Assembly (NCBI GenBank): GCA_027053075.1 | Contig: JALUEE010000033.1 | Location: forward strand, 64,001-128,000 | Source: a candidate division WOR-3 bacterium | GTDB lineage: Bacteria > Hydrothermota > Hydrothermia > B15-G9 > WFZT01 | Length of the DNA stretch: 64,000 nt | Reading direction: 5' to 3' | Shown here: positions 1 to 9,176 of the stretch, piece by piece | Numbering within the stretch: the stretch's first letter is position 1 | Layout of the letters: each line of letters starts with the position of its first letter | Translations under genes and position numbers: made by a program | Notes under the pieces: model-generated | What the model was told of the DNA's origin: nothing | What the model saw: the letters and a program-made list of their open reading frames with translations, nothing else | Databases searched by the model: none

Positions 1-1939
1 CAATCCTGTAACCTGGTTTATAAAATCTTACGTAGTACGGTGAGCCTGAAATACCGGCATTAGCAGGTACGTTGTCAATTTCGTAATGACCTAATGAATC
101 CGTATAAGCATAGAAAAAAGTCCCCAGCACAACCTGTGTGGATTCAGCCGGGTTGCCGTGATCATCAAGGACCGTACCTTTAACAGCAGATTTGCCCAGG
201 ATTGGAATGTAAATCCAGAAAGGATCAGTTGACACCGTATCCATATCAACATACCTTGTAGAGTTGGCGTACAATCCCCTGTGATTGCTGTCCGGGATGG
301 CTGTTATATTCACTTCCGCATCGTGGGGTATAAAAGCCACCCATCTATCCCAGTAGTTAAAGGTGGTATCAGGAACAGCTCGCTCAGCATATCCCTGTCC
401 CCAGGCAACGGCCAAAACCTGACCAAACATCGAATCTGCCGGCGTAATCGTATCACCTGTAGTCTGATCAATAAGGGCAATCAATGTAGTAATCCTGTGC
501 TTTCTCACAAATACATTGATTATCAGCGTATCGTTATGTGGATTGGGATCATGTTCGGTGCTGTCAGGAATGATAATGACCTTAATTTGAGCATTACCTT
601 CATGAATCCACTGGGGGCCAACCCATGCTATATCGTCATGCCCTCCCGGTGGTATGGTGACAAACCCACGTCTATCCTCTACATAGGTGCTATCCGGGAA
701 TATGAATTTTACCACGTATCCGTGAGAAGTGATGTTCCCTTTATTCCTGACCTTTAAACCAACACCTGTACGTCCCCCAACCTCAGGCTGATTGAGAAAG
801 GATAGCTCATTACCTCTCGTAATGGGATGCCAGAGTGATAGATAATTTGGATCAATGTAGAGATCCACATGTGCAAGACTTTGGCCGGTCACCGGTACAG
901 GTATTAGGGGAAAATTCTGGTCTAAGGACAAATCAACATACCCATTATTTGCCCTCTGCCAGGGGGTCTGGTAAATAGTTGCACTGAAACCGAGTATTGA
1001 AATGTAGTCCGCTTCCCTGTGATAGATATCCTCCCTGACATACACGTGTGAAATTTCGAAATATCCGGTGTCATTATTGGTAGCCAGTGGATCGACATTT
1101 ATATGTAAAAAGACCGTGTCGCCACGATGCATCCAAAAGAACTGGTCGTGGTTTTGATGATATGTAGGATCGAGTGAAAAGGGCCAGGTAGGATCAATCT
1201 TTGCGTAAATCACACCATTTTGAAGCTTGTAGCCAATTCTTACACCCAAATCGAGGATATTGATGAGCCCGAGAAGCTCAGATTGGGCACTCTTGGGAAC
1301 AGGATTGCCATGCTGGTCCCTTATGGTTTTACCTCCAGCAAACATGTCAGCTCCGACCGACGCGACATTGATCTCGTCTTCACCCCAAAGTGATTCGCCA
1401 TACATGGGAAGAATCCCATTCTTCTTAACATTCAAACAAGCATCAATACCTATACCTACCGGCGTCTCCCACCATGATGTCCAAGTAGGAATCCCCCACC
1501 TAATTCTCAGGAATCTCTCCTCAAGCCCAATACCTGCCTGAAAACCATAGGCCGAATAAATTTCATACGAGCCTCCATAGTTTGGATCACCTGTATAGGC
1601 AGAATCTGTCTCAGCGACCACCTTGACTACAAAACTTCCCCCTGGCTGCACAGAGTCACTATCCCAGATGAATTTAAACTTGACACCGCCTTTCAAGTAA
1701 TATGGATTGGCCCCTGCTACGAGATTTATATTTAGCCTATGTTGATTGGTGGGCATCGTAGGATACCAGATCGCTGGAGTTGTGTAGTCTATATCCATTG
1801 GCACCCCTGCTTGAGGGTCAGAGTCGTAATAGACATCGCGTTTGTATTCAACAGTTTTTATTTCACCATAAAGCGGTAATTGAGTTATAAGAAACAAACC
1901 TACCCACAATAAAGGGAGACGGGATTTAAACATATCCAT
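1..1939 (-). CDS. Large secreted protein, N-terminal 646 aa only (runs off window); CARDB-like and carboxypeptidase-regulatory-like beta domains
   Basis: Absent from the ORF track because it has no stop in the window. ATG at 1939 follows AAGGAGG. Reads MDMFKSRLPLLWVGLFLITQLPLYG (signal-peptide-like). Frame was open at every segment I translated, ending in ...VKGTVLDDHGNP...YTDSLGHYEIDNVP...YYVRFYKPGY, a carboxypeptidase-regulatory-like pattern. Confidence 0.8.
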   Translation of the reverse strand, partial: MDMFKSRLPLLWVGLFLITQLPLYGEIKTVEYKRDVYYDSDPQAGVPMDIDYTTPAIWYPTMPTNQHRLNINLVAGANPYYLKGGVKFKFIWDSDSVQPGGSFVVKVVAETDSAYTGDPNYGGSYEIYSAYGFQAGIGLEERFLRIRWGIPTWTSWWETPVGIGIDACLNVKKNGILPMYGESLWGEDEINVASVGADMFAGGKTIRDQHGNPVPKSAQSELLGLINILDLGVRIGYKLQNGVIYAKIDPTWPFSLDPTYHQNHDQFFWMHRGDTVFLHINVDPLATNNDTGYFEISHVYVREDIYHREADYISILGFSATIYQTPWQRANNGYVDLSLDQNFPLIPVPVTGQSLAHVDLYIDPNYLSLWHPITRGNELSFLNQPEVGGRTGVGLKVRNKGNITSHGYVVKFIFPDSTYVEDRRGFVTIPPGGHDDIAWVGPQWIHEGNAQIKVIIIPDSTEHDPNPHNDTLIINVFVRKHRITTLIALIDQTTGDTITPADSMFGQVLAVAWGQGYAERAVPDTTFNYWDRWVAFIPHDAEVNITAIPDSNHRGLYANSTRYVDMDTVSTDPFWIYIPILGKSAVKGTVLDDHGNPAESTQVVLGTFFYAYTDSLGHYEIDNVPANAGISGSPYYVRFYKPGYRI

Positions 1940-2026
1940 ACAACCCTCCTTCCACTTTCAAAGGAGGAGACATGAGGTGAATCCCCAAAGCCCCAACCTT
2001 GAAAGTGTTTTGTAGCCGTTTCCCGA

Positions 2027-2055
2027 ATTTTAAGACTCTCCATCTTCCTTGTCAA
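2027..2055 (-). promoter_or_regulatory. Sigma70-type promoter for the 1..1939 gene
   Basis: TTGACA (2055-2050), 17 nt spacer, TAAAAT (2032-2027) on the minus strand. Confidence 0.7.
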
Positions 2056-2177
2056 TATAAGTAAATGTTTTGGAGTAATTATTCACAATATTGTTAATGT
2101 CAAATTTAAATTTATTTCCGTTAGTCGGAAATCTAAACGTAGCTTATAATTAAGGCCAAACTGCGAGGAGGTTAAAA

Positions 2178-2684
2178 ATGGATAGACTCTGGGCACCATG
2201 GAGAATGAAATACATCCTTCAGGCTGACTTAAAGGGAGAAGGCTGCATTTTTTGCACAAAACCCGCTGAGAATAATGATGAGAAAAATTTTATTCTTTTT
2301 CGAGGAAGGCATGTTTTCGTTATCATTAATATCTTTCCCTACAATAGTGGCCACTTGATGATCGCACCCTACAGGCACGTTCCATCCATTGAGCACCTGA
2401 CTGAGGAAGAAGTCACCGAGCTTTTTACACTGAGTCAGGAAGTGGTTAAAATTCTCAGAAAAGTACTTGATCCTGACGGATTCAACATCGGGATGAATAT
2501 CGGGCGTGTGGCTGGTGCTGGCTTTGACCAGCACGTACATCTCCACATTGTGCCAAGATGGAACGGAGACACCAATTTCATGCCCGTTATTGCCGATGTA
2601 AAGGTGATTCCCGAAGCTATGGAAGATACCTACAAAAGGCTGAAACCCGAGTTTGATGAGCTCGAAAAAAGATGGAAAAAGTAA
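2178..2684 (+). CDS. HIT family nucleotide hydrolase (Ap4A phosphorylase/hydrolase-like)
   Basis: LWAPWRMKYI, CIFC, FPYNSGH and histidine triad HVHLHIVPRW; GAGGAGG SD. Confidence 0.93.
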   Translation: MDRLWAPWRMKYILQADLKGEGCIFCTKPAENNDEKNFILFRGRHVFVIINIFPYNSGHLMIAPYRHVPSIEHLTEEEVTELFTLSQEVVKILRKVLDPDGFNIGMNIGRVAGAGFDQHVHLHIVPRWNGDTNFMPVIADVKVIPEAMEDTYKRLKPEFDELEKRWKK

Positions 2685-3838
2685 GAGTTAAGGGAAAATA
2701 CTACTTCGGTCATCCATGGATTTACAGCAAAAAAGTTGTTGAGACAGGAGATGCAAGGCCTGGAGATTCTGTTCTCGTTTACACAACAAGGGGTAAATTC
2801 GTAGGCTCGGCCCTCTTTAACCCCAATTCGACACTCGCTCTAAGAATTTACTCCAATAGTTACGTTGAGTTCGACTATCCTTTTATAAAAGAGCGGATTT
2901 TCAAAGCGAGGGAATACCGAGAATCTATCTACCCCGGCGCTTCGGCGTATCGTGTGGTCTTCGGTGAATCTGACTATCTACCCGGACTGATTGTTGATAA
3001 ATACAGAGACGGGTTGATCTTTCAAATTCTCTCCCTCGGAGTTGAAAAGAAAAAGCGAGAAGTGATTAATGCGCTTGTGGATGTATTTAATCCTGCGTTC
3101 ATCTATGAGAAAAACGATTCACTAAAACGCAACGATGAAGGGCTCCAGCCGATAAAAAGACTCGTTTACGGTGAGCTCTCCGGCCCTGTTGAAATAGAGG
3201 AAAACGGCATCAAGTTCCTCATAGATATTGAAAACGGGCAAAAAACTGGATTTTTCCTGGACCAGAGGGAAAATCGGGCAATTGTGAGAAAATACGCAAA
3301 TGGGGTTGAAAAAGCTCTTGACCTCTATAGCTATACAGGTGGGTTTACCCTTAACATGCTGCAGGTGGGGGCAGAGAGGGTGTTTGCCGTGGATCGCTCC
3401 TCCACGGCCATTAAACTCCTTGAAGAAAACGTCAAATTAAATGGTTTCGACCTCAACAGGGTAATCACATTTCATAAGGAAGTGGATGATTTTTTAAATG
3501 AGATGCTATTTTCACAGGAAAAATTTGACCTGATAATAGTGGACCCACCGGCCTTTACCCACAAAAGACGCTCAAAAGAGAACGCTATCAGAGGTTATAT
3601 TGGGCTTCATGATGGAGTCCTGAGGGTATTAAAACCCGGTGGGGTGGTATTCACATTTTCATGCTCACAATATGTAGGTGAAGAAGACCTGCTTGATAGC
3701 TTTTATCAGGCAGCAAGGAATCAGAGAAGGCAGTTTTATGTTTTAGAAAAGTTGATCCAGGCAAAGGACCATCCTATTTTAACGGGATTCCCTGAGAGTT
3801 TTTATCTCAAAGGGTTTGTTTTGAAAGAAGTGCTTTAA
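2672..3838 (+). CDS. rlmI: RlmI-family (m5C1962-like) SAM-dependent rRNA methyltransferase
   Basis: GHPWIY PUA N-terminus, GESDYLPGLIVD, GQKTGFFLDQREN, DPPAF, FSCS, DHP..YLK motifs. Confidence 0.88.
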   Translation: MEKVRVKGKYYFGHPWIYSKKVVETGDARPGDSVLVYTTRGKFVGSALFNPNSTLALRIYSNSYVEFDYPFIKERIFKAREYRESIYPGASAYRVVFGESDYLPGLIVDKYRDGLIFQILSLGVEKKKREVINALVDVFNPAFIYEKNDSLKRNDEGLQPIKRLVYGELSGPVEIEENGIKFLIDIENGQKTGFFLDQRENRAIVRKYANGVEKALDLYSYTGGFTLNMLQVGAERVFAVDRSSTAIKLLEENVKLNGFDLNRVITFHKEVDDFLNEMLFSQEKFDLIIVDPPAFTHKRRSKENAIRGYIGLHDGVLRVLKPGGVVFTFSCSQYVGEEDLLDSFYQAARNQRRQFYVLEKLIQAKDHPILTGFPESFYLKGFVLKEVL

Positions 3839-3849
3839 AGGAGGATGAC

Positions 3850-4758
3850 ATGAAAACAGCTTTTATGTTTCCCGGACAGGGTTCACAGTATGTGGGAATG
3901 GGTAAAAAACTTTACGATGAGTATCCAGAAGCGCGTAAGCTGATGGAAAGAGCAAATGAAATTCTCGGCTTTTCCATCACCAAACTGATGTTTGAGGGAC
4001 CCGAGAAAGAGCTTACAGAGACTAAAAACGCGCAGCCGGCATTGTACATAGCTGGTGCCGCAGCTTTTGAATTTCTGAAGAATGAAAAGGGTATGGGGCC
4101 GGATGTCACCCTTGGCCACAGTCTCGGCGAATTTACTGCCCTCTACGCTGCAGGTGTGTTTGACTTTGAAACGGGTCTAAAGGTTGTGAGAAAACGCGGT
4201 GAGCTGATGTCTGAGGCAGGAGCAAAATACCCCGGAACCATGGCAGCCGTGATAAGTAAGAAATCAATAGTGGAAATCGAGGAAATTCTTGAGAAGGTGA
4301 ACGGTGTGGTTGTGGTCGCGAATATCAATTCTCGCGAGCAAATTGTGATTTCAGGAGAAATCGAAGCGGTGAAAGAGACCATGAAACTACTAAAAGAAGC
4401 GGGAGCCAAAAGAGTCGTCCCCCTTCGAGTCTCTGCTGCTTTCCACAGCCCGCTGATGGAAGAGCCTGCCCGGGAATTCGCAGAATTTCTTGAGGGTGTT
4501 GAATTTAAAGAGCCTGAGGTACCGGTGATCCCAAACTTCACGGCAAAGGCCACAACAGATGTAAATGAGATCAAAAATGCACTGAAAGATCAGCTCACAG
4601 GAAGTGTGAGATGGGTCGAGTCTGTTGAAGAGGCCCACAGACTTGGAGTTGAAAGGTTCATCGAAGTAGGACCGGGAAAGGTTTTAAAAGGGCTGGTTTC
4701 ACGAATTTTAAGAAATGTGGAAGTCCTTAATTTCGAATCGCCAGGAGACATTGGATAA
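3850..4758 (+). CDS. fabD: Malonyl-CoA:ACP transacylase
   Basis: FPGQGSQ, GHSLGE, SAAFHS, EVGPG motifs. Confidence 0.97.
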   Translation: MKTAFMFPGQGSQYVGMGKKLYDEYPEARKLMERANEILGFSITKLMFEGPEKELTETKNAQPALYIAGAAAFEFLKNEKGMGPDVTLGHSLGEFTALYAAGVFDFETGLKVVRKRGELMSEAGAKYPGTMAAVISKKSIVEIEEILEKVNGVVVVANINSREQIVISGEIEAVKETMKLLKEAGAKRVVPLRVSAAFHSPLMEEPAREFAEFLEGVEFKEPEVPVIPNFTAKATTDVNEIKNALKDQLTGSVRWVESVEEAHRLGVERFIEVGPGKVLKGLVSRILRNVEVLNFESPGDIG

Positions 4759-4957
4759 TCAATATTAGAAAAGTTCTCCGGGGCAGTTTTCAATACTTCT
4801 GCTGAATTTGTGAAATGGCCTTGAGCTGAAGGAAATTTTCTGAAATCTCAAAAAATATGAACAACTTTAGATACCTCGAAAATCGCCTCTATATTGCTGG
4901 CAAATGGAGGGGGAACACTTTATAATAAATAAAATTTAAGTTTTTCTCTGAACTGTC

Positions 4958-5254
4958 ATGGAGGGAATGATTTATTCCGAATATCATAAGAAGATTGAGC
5001 ACTATACGAAGGCGCTGGGGCACATTACCAGGCTAAAAATCCTGAAATTTATCGCCAACGAATTCAAATCGGTAAATGAGATTGCAAAAGAGATGGGACT
5101 TTCACATTCGGTGTGCTCTGCACATTTAGGTGTGCTCTGGCGTGCAGGATTGGTTGATAAGAAAAGGGTGAAAAATTTCTCTTACTACAAGCTGAATCCA
5201 GAAAGGTTTCAGAAAATTCAGGAAGAGGTGCGTAGCTTCATCCTCGGGGAATAG
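4958..5254 (+). CDS. ArsR/SmtB family transcriptional regulator
   Basis: KALGH..RLKIL..SVNEIA..S.HL..L..AGLV winged-HTH pattern. Confidence 0.85.
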   Translation: MEGMIYSEYHKKIEHYTKALGHITRLKILKFIANEFKSVNEIAKEMGLSHSVCSAHLGVLWRAGLVDKKRVKNFSYYKLNPERFQKIQEEVRSFILGE

Positions 5255-5460
5255 CAATCTCCTATTTTTAGTGACTTTGTCTATCTGACCGTAATTATCT
5301 CGTTCTTAGATTAGCACCGATGTTTCCTCTATCAGGAAAGTGGCAAGGTTATGGTAAAATCCCGATCACCAATAAACAGCATGTGTGATTGAGTGCATCT
5401 GGTATTTTCCCTGTGCAGACCTTTTCGATAGCCTGCACTTGTCCGGAAAAACCTTGGAAA

Positions 5461-5581
5461 TTCCCCTCCTTCCTTTGGAAGGAGGGGGTAGGGGAGAACG
5501 GAAAAACGTATGAATCTAAGTTTTGCCAAACATAATTTTCCCAATCTACCCTGGCCCTGGATTCCACAAGGAAGACTGAGG
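5461..5581. repeat. Dispersed ~120 bp palindromic element, copy A (more degenerate)
   Basis: CCCCTCCTTCC-ttt-GGAAGGAGGGG followed by TAGGGGAGAA; colinear similarity with 57057..57179. Confidence 0.8.
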
Positions 5582-5642
5582 TGACATTTTCCAACGCGCT
5601 TCGGGGTCTTGACATGGAAGATTAAGGTAATTAGTAAATATA

Positions 5643-6021
5643 GGGGTGGTGGTTCGGGTGGTCGCCTCGCGATGACGCGGGGAGGAAAGTCCGAGCTCCA
5701 GAGGGCAGGGTGCTGGGTAATCCCCAGGGGCATCAGGGGAGACCCTGATGCTACGGATAGGGCCACAGAAACGAGACCGCCGAAGGCTTATGCCAGGCAA
5801 GGGTGAAACGGTGGGGTAAGAGCCCACCAGGCTCCAGGGTGACCTGGAGTGCTGGCAACCCCCACCCGGAGCAAGGCCAAACAGGGAGGGTACGGGAGTG
5901 GCCCGCTCCCATGAACTCCCGGGTAGGCCGCAGGGAGGTGTCGGGTAACCGGCACCCAAGACAAATGACCACCGCCCGCCTTACGGCGGGAACAGAACTC
6001 GGCTTATAGAACCACCACCCC
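5643..6021 (+). ncRNA. rnpB: RNase P RNA (bacterial type A)
   Basis: GAGGAAAGTCC, GGGTGAAACGGTGGGGTAAGAGCCCACC, GAGCAAGGCCAAA and ACAGAACTCGGCTTA conserved motifs; P1 pairing GGGGTGGTGGTTC/GAACCACCACCCC; TTGACA at 5609-5614. Confidence 0.98.
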
Positions 6022-6036
6022 CTCCTTTTATCCCTT

Positions 6037-7335
6037 TCAAACGTCTTTTAGCTCACCCTTTAAAAAGGCGTCGTAAGCCGATAGATCAAAGTAACCGTGT
6101 CCCGATAGGTTGAAAGCAATGACAATCTCATCGTCCACTTCTTTTGCAATATCTATTGCAGCCTTAACTGCATGAGCAGATTCGGGAGCAGGCAGGATCC
6201 CTTCAGCCCTTGCAAATTCAATTGCTGCCTGAAATACCTCAGTCTGATGATAGGCACGAGCTTCGATCACACCATCCTTGTGCAATAGACTAACAAGCGG
6301 AGCCATTCCGTGATAGCGAAGACCACCAGCATGAATTGGAGGTGGCACAAATTCATACCCCAGTGTGAACATCTTCAATAGAGGTGTAAGTTTTGCCGTA
6401 TCACCGTAGTCGTAATCATATTTACCTTCTGTCAGAGTAGGACATGCCTTGGGCTCAACTGCCACTACCCTCAGGTCTTTCTTTTCACCCCTGAGCTTGT
6501 CTCCTATAAACGGAAAAGTGAATCCACCAAAGTTTGAACCTCCACCCACGCAGCCAACAAGCACGTCAGGATAGACACCAATTTTCTCAAACTGTTTCTT
6601 TGCCTCAAGTCCAATCACTGTTTGATGAAGGAGAACATGGTCAAGCACCGAGCCAAGAGAATAATTTGTATCCTTTGAATTAGCGGCCTCATAAACAGCT
6701 TCACTAATTGCGATTCCAAGACTGCCGGGGCTGTCCGGGTCCTGCTCAAGAATATGCCTTCCTGGAGGAGTTTCATCGCTTGGGCTTGGAATAATCTGAG
6801 CACCATAACTCTGAATGAGGATTCTTCTGCCGGGTTTTTGAATGTAACTGATCTTCACCATATAAACTTTTACGTCAATGTCGAATAGGGAGCCAGCAAA
6901 GGCAAGGGCGGAGCCCCATTGCCCAGCCCCTGTCTCTGTGGTTAGCCTTGTTACACCTTCCATTTTGTTGTAGTATGCCTGGGCCACTGCAGTGTTTGGC
7001 TTGTGACTGCCCGGAGGAGATGTGCCTTCATACTTGTAAAATATATGTGCCTTTAGTCCTAACCTTTCGCGCAGGTTAGCAGCATAAAATAAAGGGGTGG
7101 GTCTCCACATCTCGTACACTTTATAAACAGGCCCCGGTATCTCAATTGTGGCCTCGAGAGAGACTTCCTGCTCTATAAGCGATTCAGGAAAGATAGCACT
7201 CAGGTCCTCAGGCCTTATGGGCTCCCTCGTCTGAGGATTGAGCGGTGGCTCCGGGAGCCTCGGAAGATCACTTTTTATGTTGTACCATCTTTTAGGTACC
7301 TCTTCAAGATATACTTTTCTCGGGAAATTTGCCAT
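6037..7335 (-). CDS. trpB2: TrpB2-type tryptophan synthase beta (stand-alone PLP enzyme)
   Basis: [12 protein letters not shown] (PLP Lys), [43 protein letters not shown]; no trpA adjacent. Confidence 0.95.
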   Translation of the reverse strand: MANFPRKVYLEEVPKRWYNIKSDLPRLPEPPLNPQTREPIRPEDLSAIFPESLIEQEVSLEATIEIPGPVYKVYEMWRPTPLFYAANLRERLGLKAHIFYKYEGTSPPGSHKPNTAVAQAYYNKMEGVTRLTTETGAGQWGSALAFAGSLFDIDVKVYMVKISYIQKPGRRILIQSYGAQIIPSPSDETPPGRHILEQDPDSPGSLGIAISEAVYEAANSKDTNYSLGSVLDHVLLHQTVIGLEAKKQFEKIGVYPDVLVGCVGGGSNFGGFTFPFIGDKLRGEKKDLRVVAVEPKACPTLTEGKYDYDYGDTAKLTPLLKMFTLGYEFVPPPIHAGGLRYHGMAPLVSLLHKDGVIEARAYHQTEVFQAAIEFARAEGILPAPESAHAVKAAIDIAKEVDDEIVIAFNLSGHGYFDLSAYDAFLKGELKDV

Positions 7336-7410
7336 AGTACAACCTCCTTTTTGGGATTTTTATAAGGGGTATGAGTATGTTATCTGGGTAGAATTATTCG
7401 CATGGGGGTA

Positions 7411-7476
7411 CTATTTGCCCCCATGCCACCAGAAGGGCCATGCAAGGAAGGTATAAGAAAAAGTAGACCCAAACAT
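7411..7476 (-). CDS. Putative Trp-rich leader peptide MFGSTFSYTFLAWPFWWHGGK (21 aa)
   Basis: ATG TTT GGG TCT ACT TTT TCT TAT ACC TTC CTT GCA TGG CCC TTC TGG TGG CAT GGG GGC AAA TAG directly upstream of trpB2; three TGG codons, two in tandem; starts 7 nt after a -10 box. Confidence 0.75.
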   Translation of the reverse strand: MFGSTFSYTFLAWPFWWHGGK

Positions 7477-7483
7477 TGGGTTT

Positions 7484-7513
7484 ATCATAATCCCCACCCT
7501 CCGGACCTGTCAA
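7484..7513 (-). promoter_or_regulatory. Promoter for the leader peptide and trpB2
   Basis: TTGACA (7513-7508), 18 nt, TATGAT (7489-7484); predicted +1 coincides with the leader ATG. Confidence 0.7.
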
Positions 7514-7562
7514 ATAGACTTCATCAAAGGAACTTCATCCAATGTGGATTTCTTAAACCCCC

Positions 7563-9176
7563 TCAGGCCACCTTTTTAAGTTCTTTATGCTCTTTCTGGA
7601 CCTCTTCTTTTTCTTCTCTGGGCCTGATTTCGATGTTCACTGGATGGTAATTCTTAAGCTGGGCGTGTTTCATTATTTTCGCTACAGTCTTCTCTTTTTC
7701 TTCATTGCTCATCTTCTTATCTGTAAAAACTACAAGGTCAACAGTGGATGCTTTCTCTTTTTCACCCTTTGCAAGGTGATGAAGCATGTAAATCTCACCA
7801 TCCTTCACCTCTTTCTTTATTCCCTTGATGATTGACGGGATAAATCTTTCAACCCTCTTGATAAAATGCTCACGTTCTTCAAGCTTCCAGTCAACGTAAT
7901 ACCTCATCCTTCTTCCACTTATTGCCTCATAGGCGGCCTCAAATAGGAAGGATATCACTATAAATATTGTCGCGGCTTTCAGGGATGATGGATTTTGCTT
8001 CAAATTGTACCCCACAAGGACAAGAGCGGAGGCAAGGCAGAGAAGGAAGCCAAGCATTGGAAGCCATTTATTGGAATCGGTCAATTTGCTCAGCTTGTAG
8101 TTGGCAAGATTAACAAGACCAAAGACGATCAAAAATCCGAGACTGCCTGCAACTGAAATGTTCTCAAGGTTAGTGGAAAGTGTAAAAATTATCGTGATGA
8201 CTCCAAGGATTACAATTCCCTCGTATCCACCTTTCCAAATCCTTTTTCCGAAGGTTCGGGGCAACTGGCCATATTTTGTAATCAGATAGCTAATTCTTCC
8301 ACTGCCGTAAAGTGTTGCGTTGATAGCCGAAGCAGTGGAAAGCATCGCAGCAATGCCGATAATGATGAATCCAGCTTTACCGAAGAAGGGCTCAGCGGCA
8401 ATGGCAAGGGCATAATCCTTGTATTTAACCACCTGGTCATAGGTGAGATTTCCAACAGCGACGATGGCAATAAGCACGTAAAGAGCAATAACGAATCCAA
8501 CCGAAGCATAAAATGCCTTTGGCAGGGTCTCGACAGGATTCACAATATCCTGGGCCGTATTTGCAATTAGCTCAAATCCTTCGTAGGCAAGGAAAATAAT
8601 TAGCCCACCGGTTATGATATTAAGCATCGGCGCCCAGTTTTGTGGCTCGAGCCGGTCAACCTTAATTGTGATGAATCCAACAACTGCAAATGCAAGCAGA
8701 ATGAGAATTTTGACGAAAACCATAAGGTCCTCAGCCTTACCCGTGACATAAGCACCGAGAAGATTTATCAGGGTAAACACCAGTACAACACCCACGATAA
8801 AAAGCTGCTTGGCAAGGAGAACCTCTTTTCCAAAGAACAGTGCAGCGGAATAGCTTCCAAATGCGTAAGAATAAAGGGACATCATGATGATATAGCTGGA
8901 GAGCAGTAATACGTTTATCCATCCAGAAAAGAGTCCCGTTCCGAAGGCCTTGGTGATAAACTCTATTGTGCCACCTTCACTGGGGAACCTGACTGACAAC
9001 TTCGCATAAGAGTAGGATGTGATTAGAGCAATGAGCCCCGCGACTATAAAAGCTATGAATGCTGCACCATGGGCGAGAAGAATGGTAAGGCCAAGGACGG
9101 CAAAGATACCACCACCTACCATTCCCCCTACACCGATGGAAAACGCTTCGAAAAATCCAATCTTTTTGTGTGTCAT
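7563..9176 (-). CDS. APC family amino acid permease with C-terminal degenerate nucleotidyltransferase-like domain
   Basis: GGMVGGGIF TM1, PSEGG, FLAYEGFE TM6, about 12 TM segments; about 100 aa soluble tail. Confidence 0.9.
   Translation of the reverse strand: MTHKKIGFFEAFSIGVGGMVGGGIFAVLGLTILLAHGAAFIAFIVAGLIALITSYSYAKLSVRFPSEGGTIEFITKAFGTGLFSGWINVLLLSSYIIMMSLYSYAFGSYSAALFFGKEVLLAKQLFIVGVVLVFTLINLLGAYVTGKAEDLMVFVKILILLAFAVVGFITIKVDRLEPQNWAPMLNIITGGLIIFLAYEGFELIANTAQDIVNPVETLPKAFYASVGFVIALYVLIAIVAVGNLTYDQVVKYKDYALAIAAEPFFGKAGFIIIGIAAMLSTASAINATLYGSGRISYLITKYGQLPRTFGKRIWKGGYEGIVILGVITIIFTLSTNLENISVAGSLGFLIVFGLVNLANYKLSKLTDSNKWLPMLGFLLCLASALVLVGYNLKQNPSSLKAATIFIVISFLFEAAYEAISGRRMRYYVDWKLEEREHFIKRVERFIPSIIKGIKKEVKDGEIYMLHHLAKGEKEKASTVDLVVFTDKKMSNEEKEKTVAKIMKHAQLKNYHPVNIEIRPREEKEEVQKEHKELKKVA

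Noticed and set aside
281..1541. Plus-strand ORFs 281..757 and 1260..1541
   Set aside because: Antisense shadows of the long minus-strand CDS 1..1939; no SD or recognisable motifs.
1945..2020. c-di-GMP or other known riboswitch
   Set aside because: Lacks the GGCAAA/GAAA/GACGCAAA-type conserved elements I could recognise; kept only as an unclassified structure.
5332..6009. Several 65-144 aa ORFs on both strands
   Set aside because: They overlap the RNase P RNA gene and the dispersed repeat; spurious.
7336..7480. T-box or classical terminator/antiterminator upstream of trpB2
   Set aside because: No T-box consensus (AAT..AGGTGG.ACC), the leader is too short, and no U-tract follows the hairpin; only the uORF model is retained.
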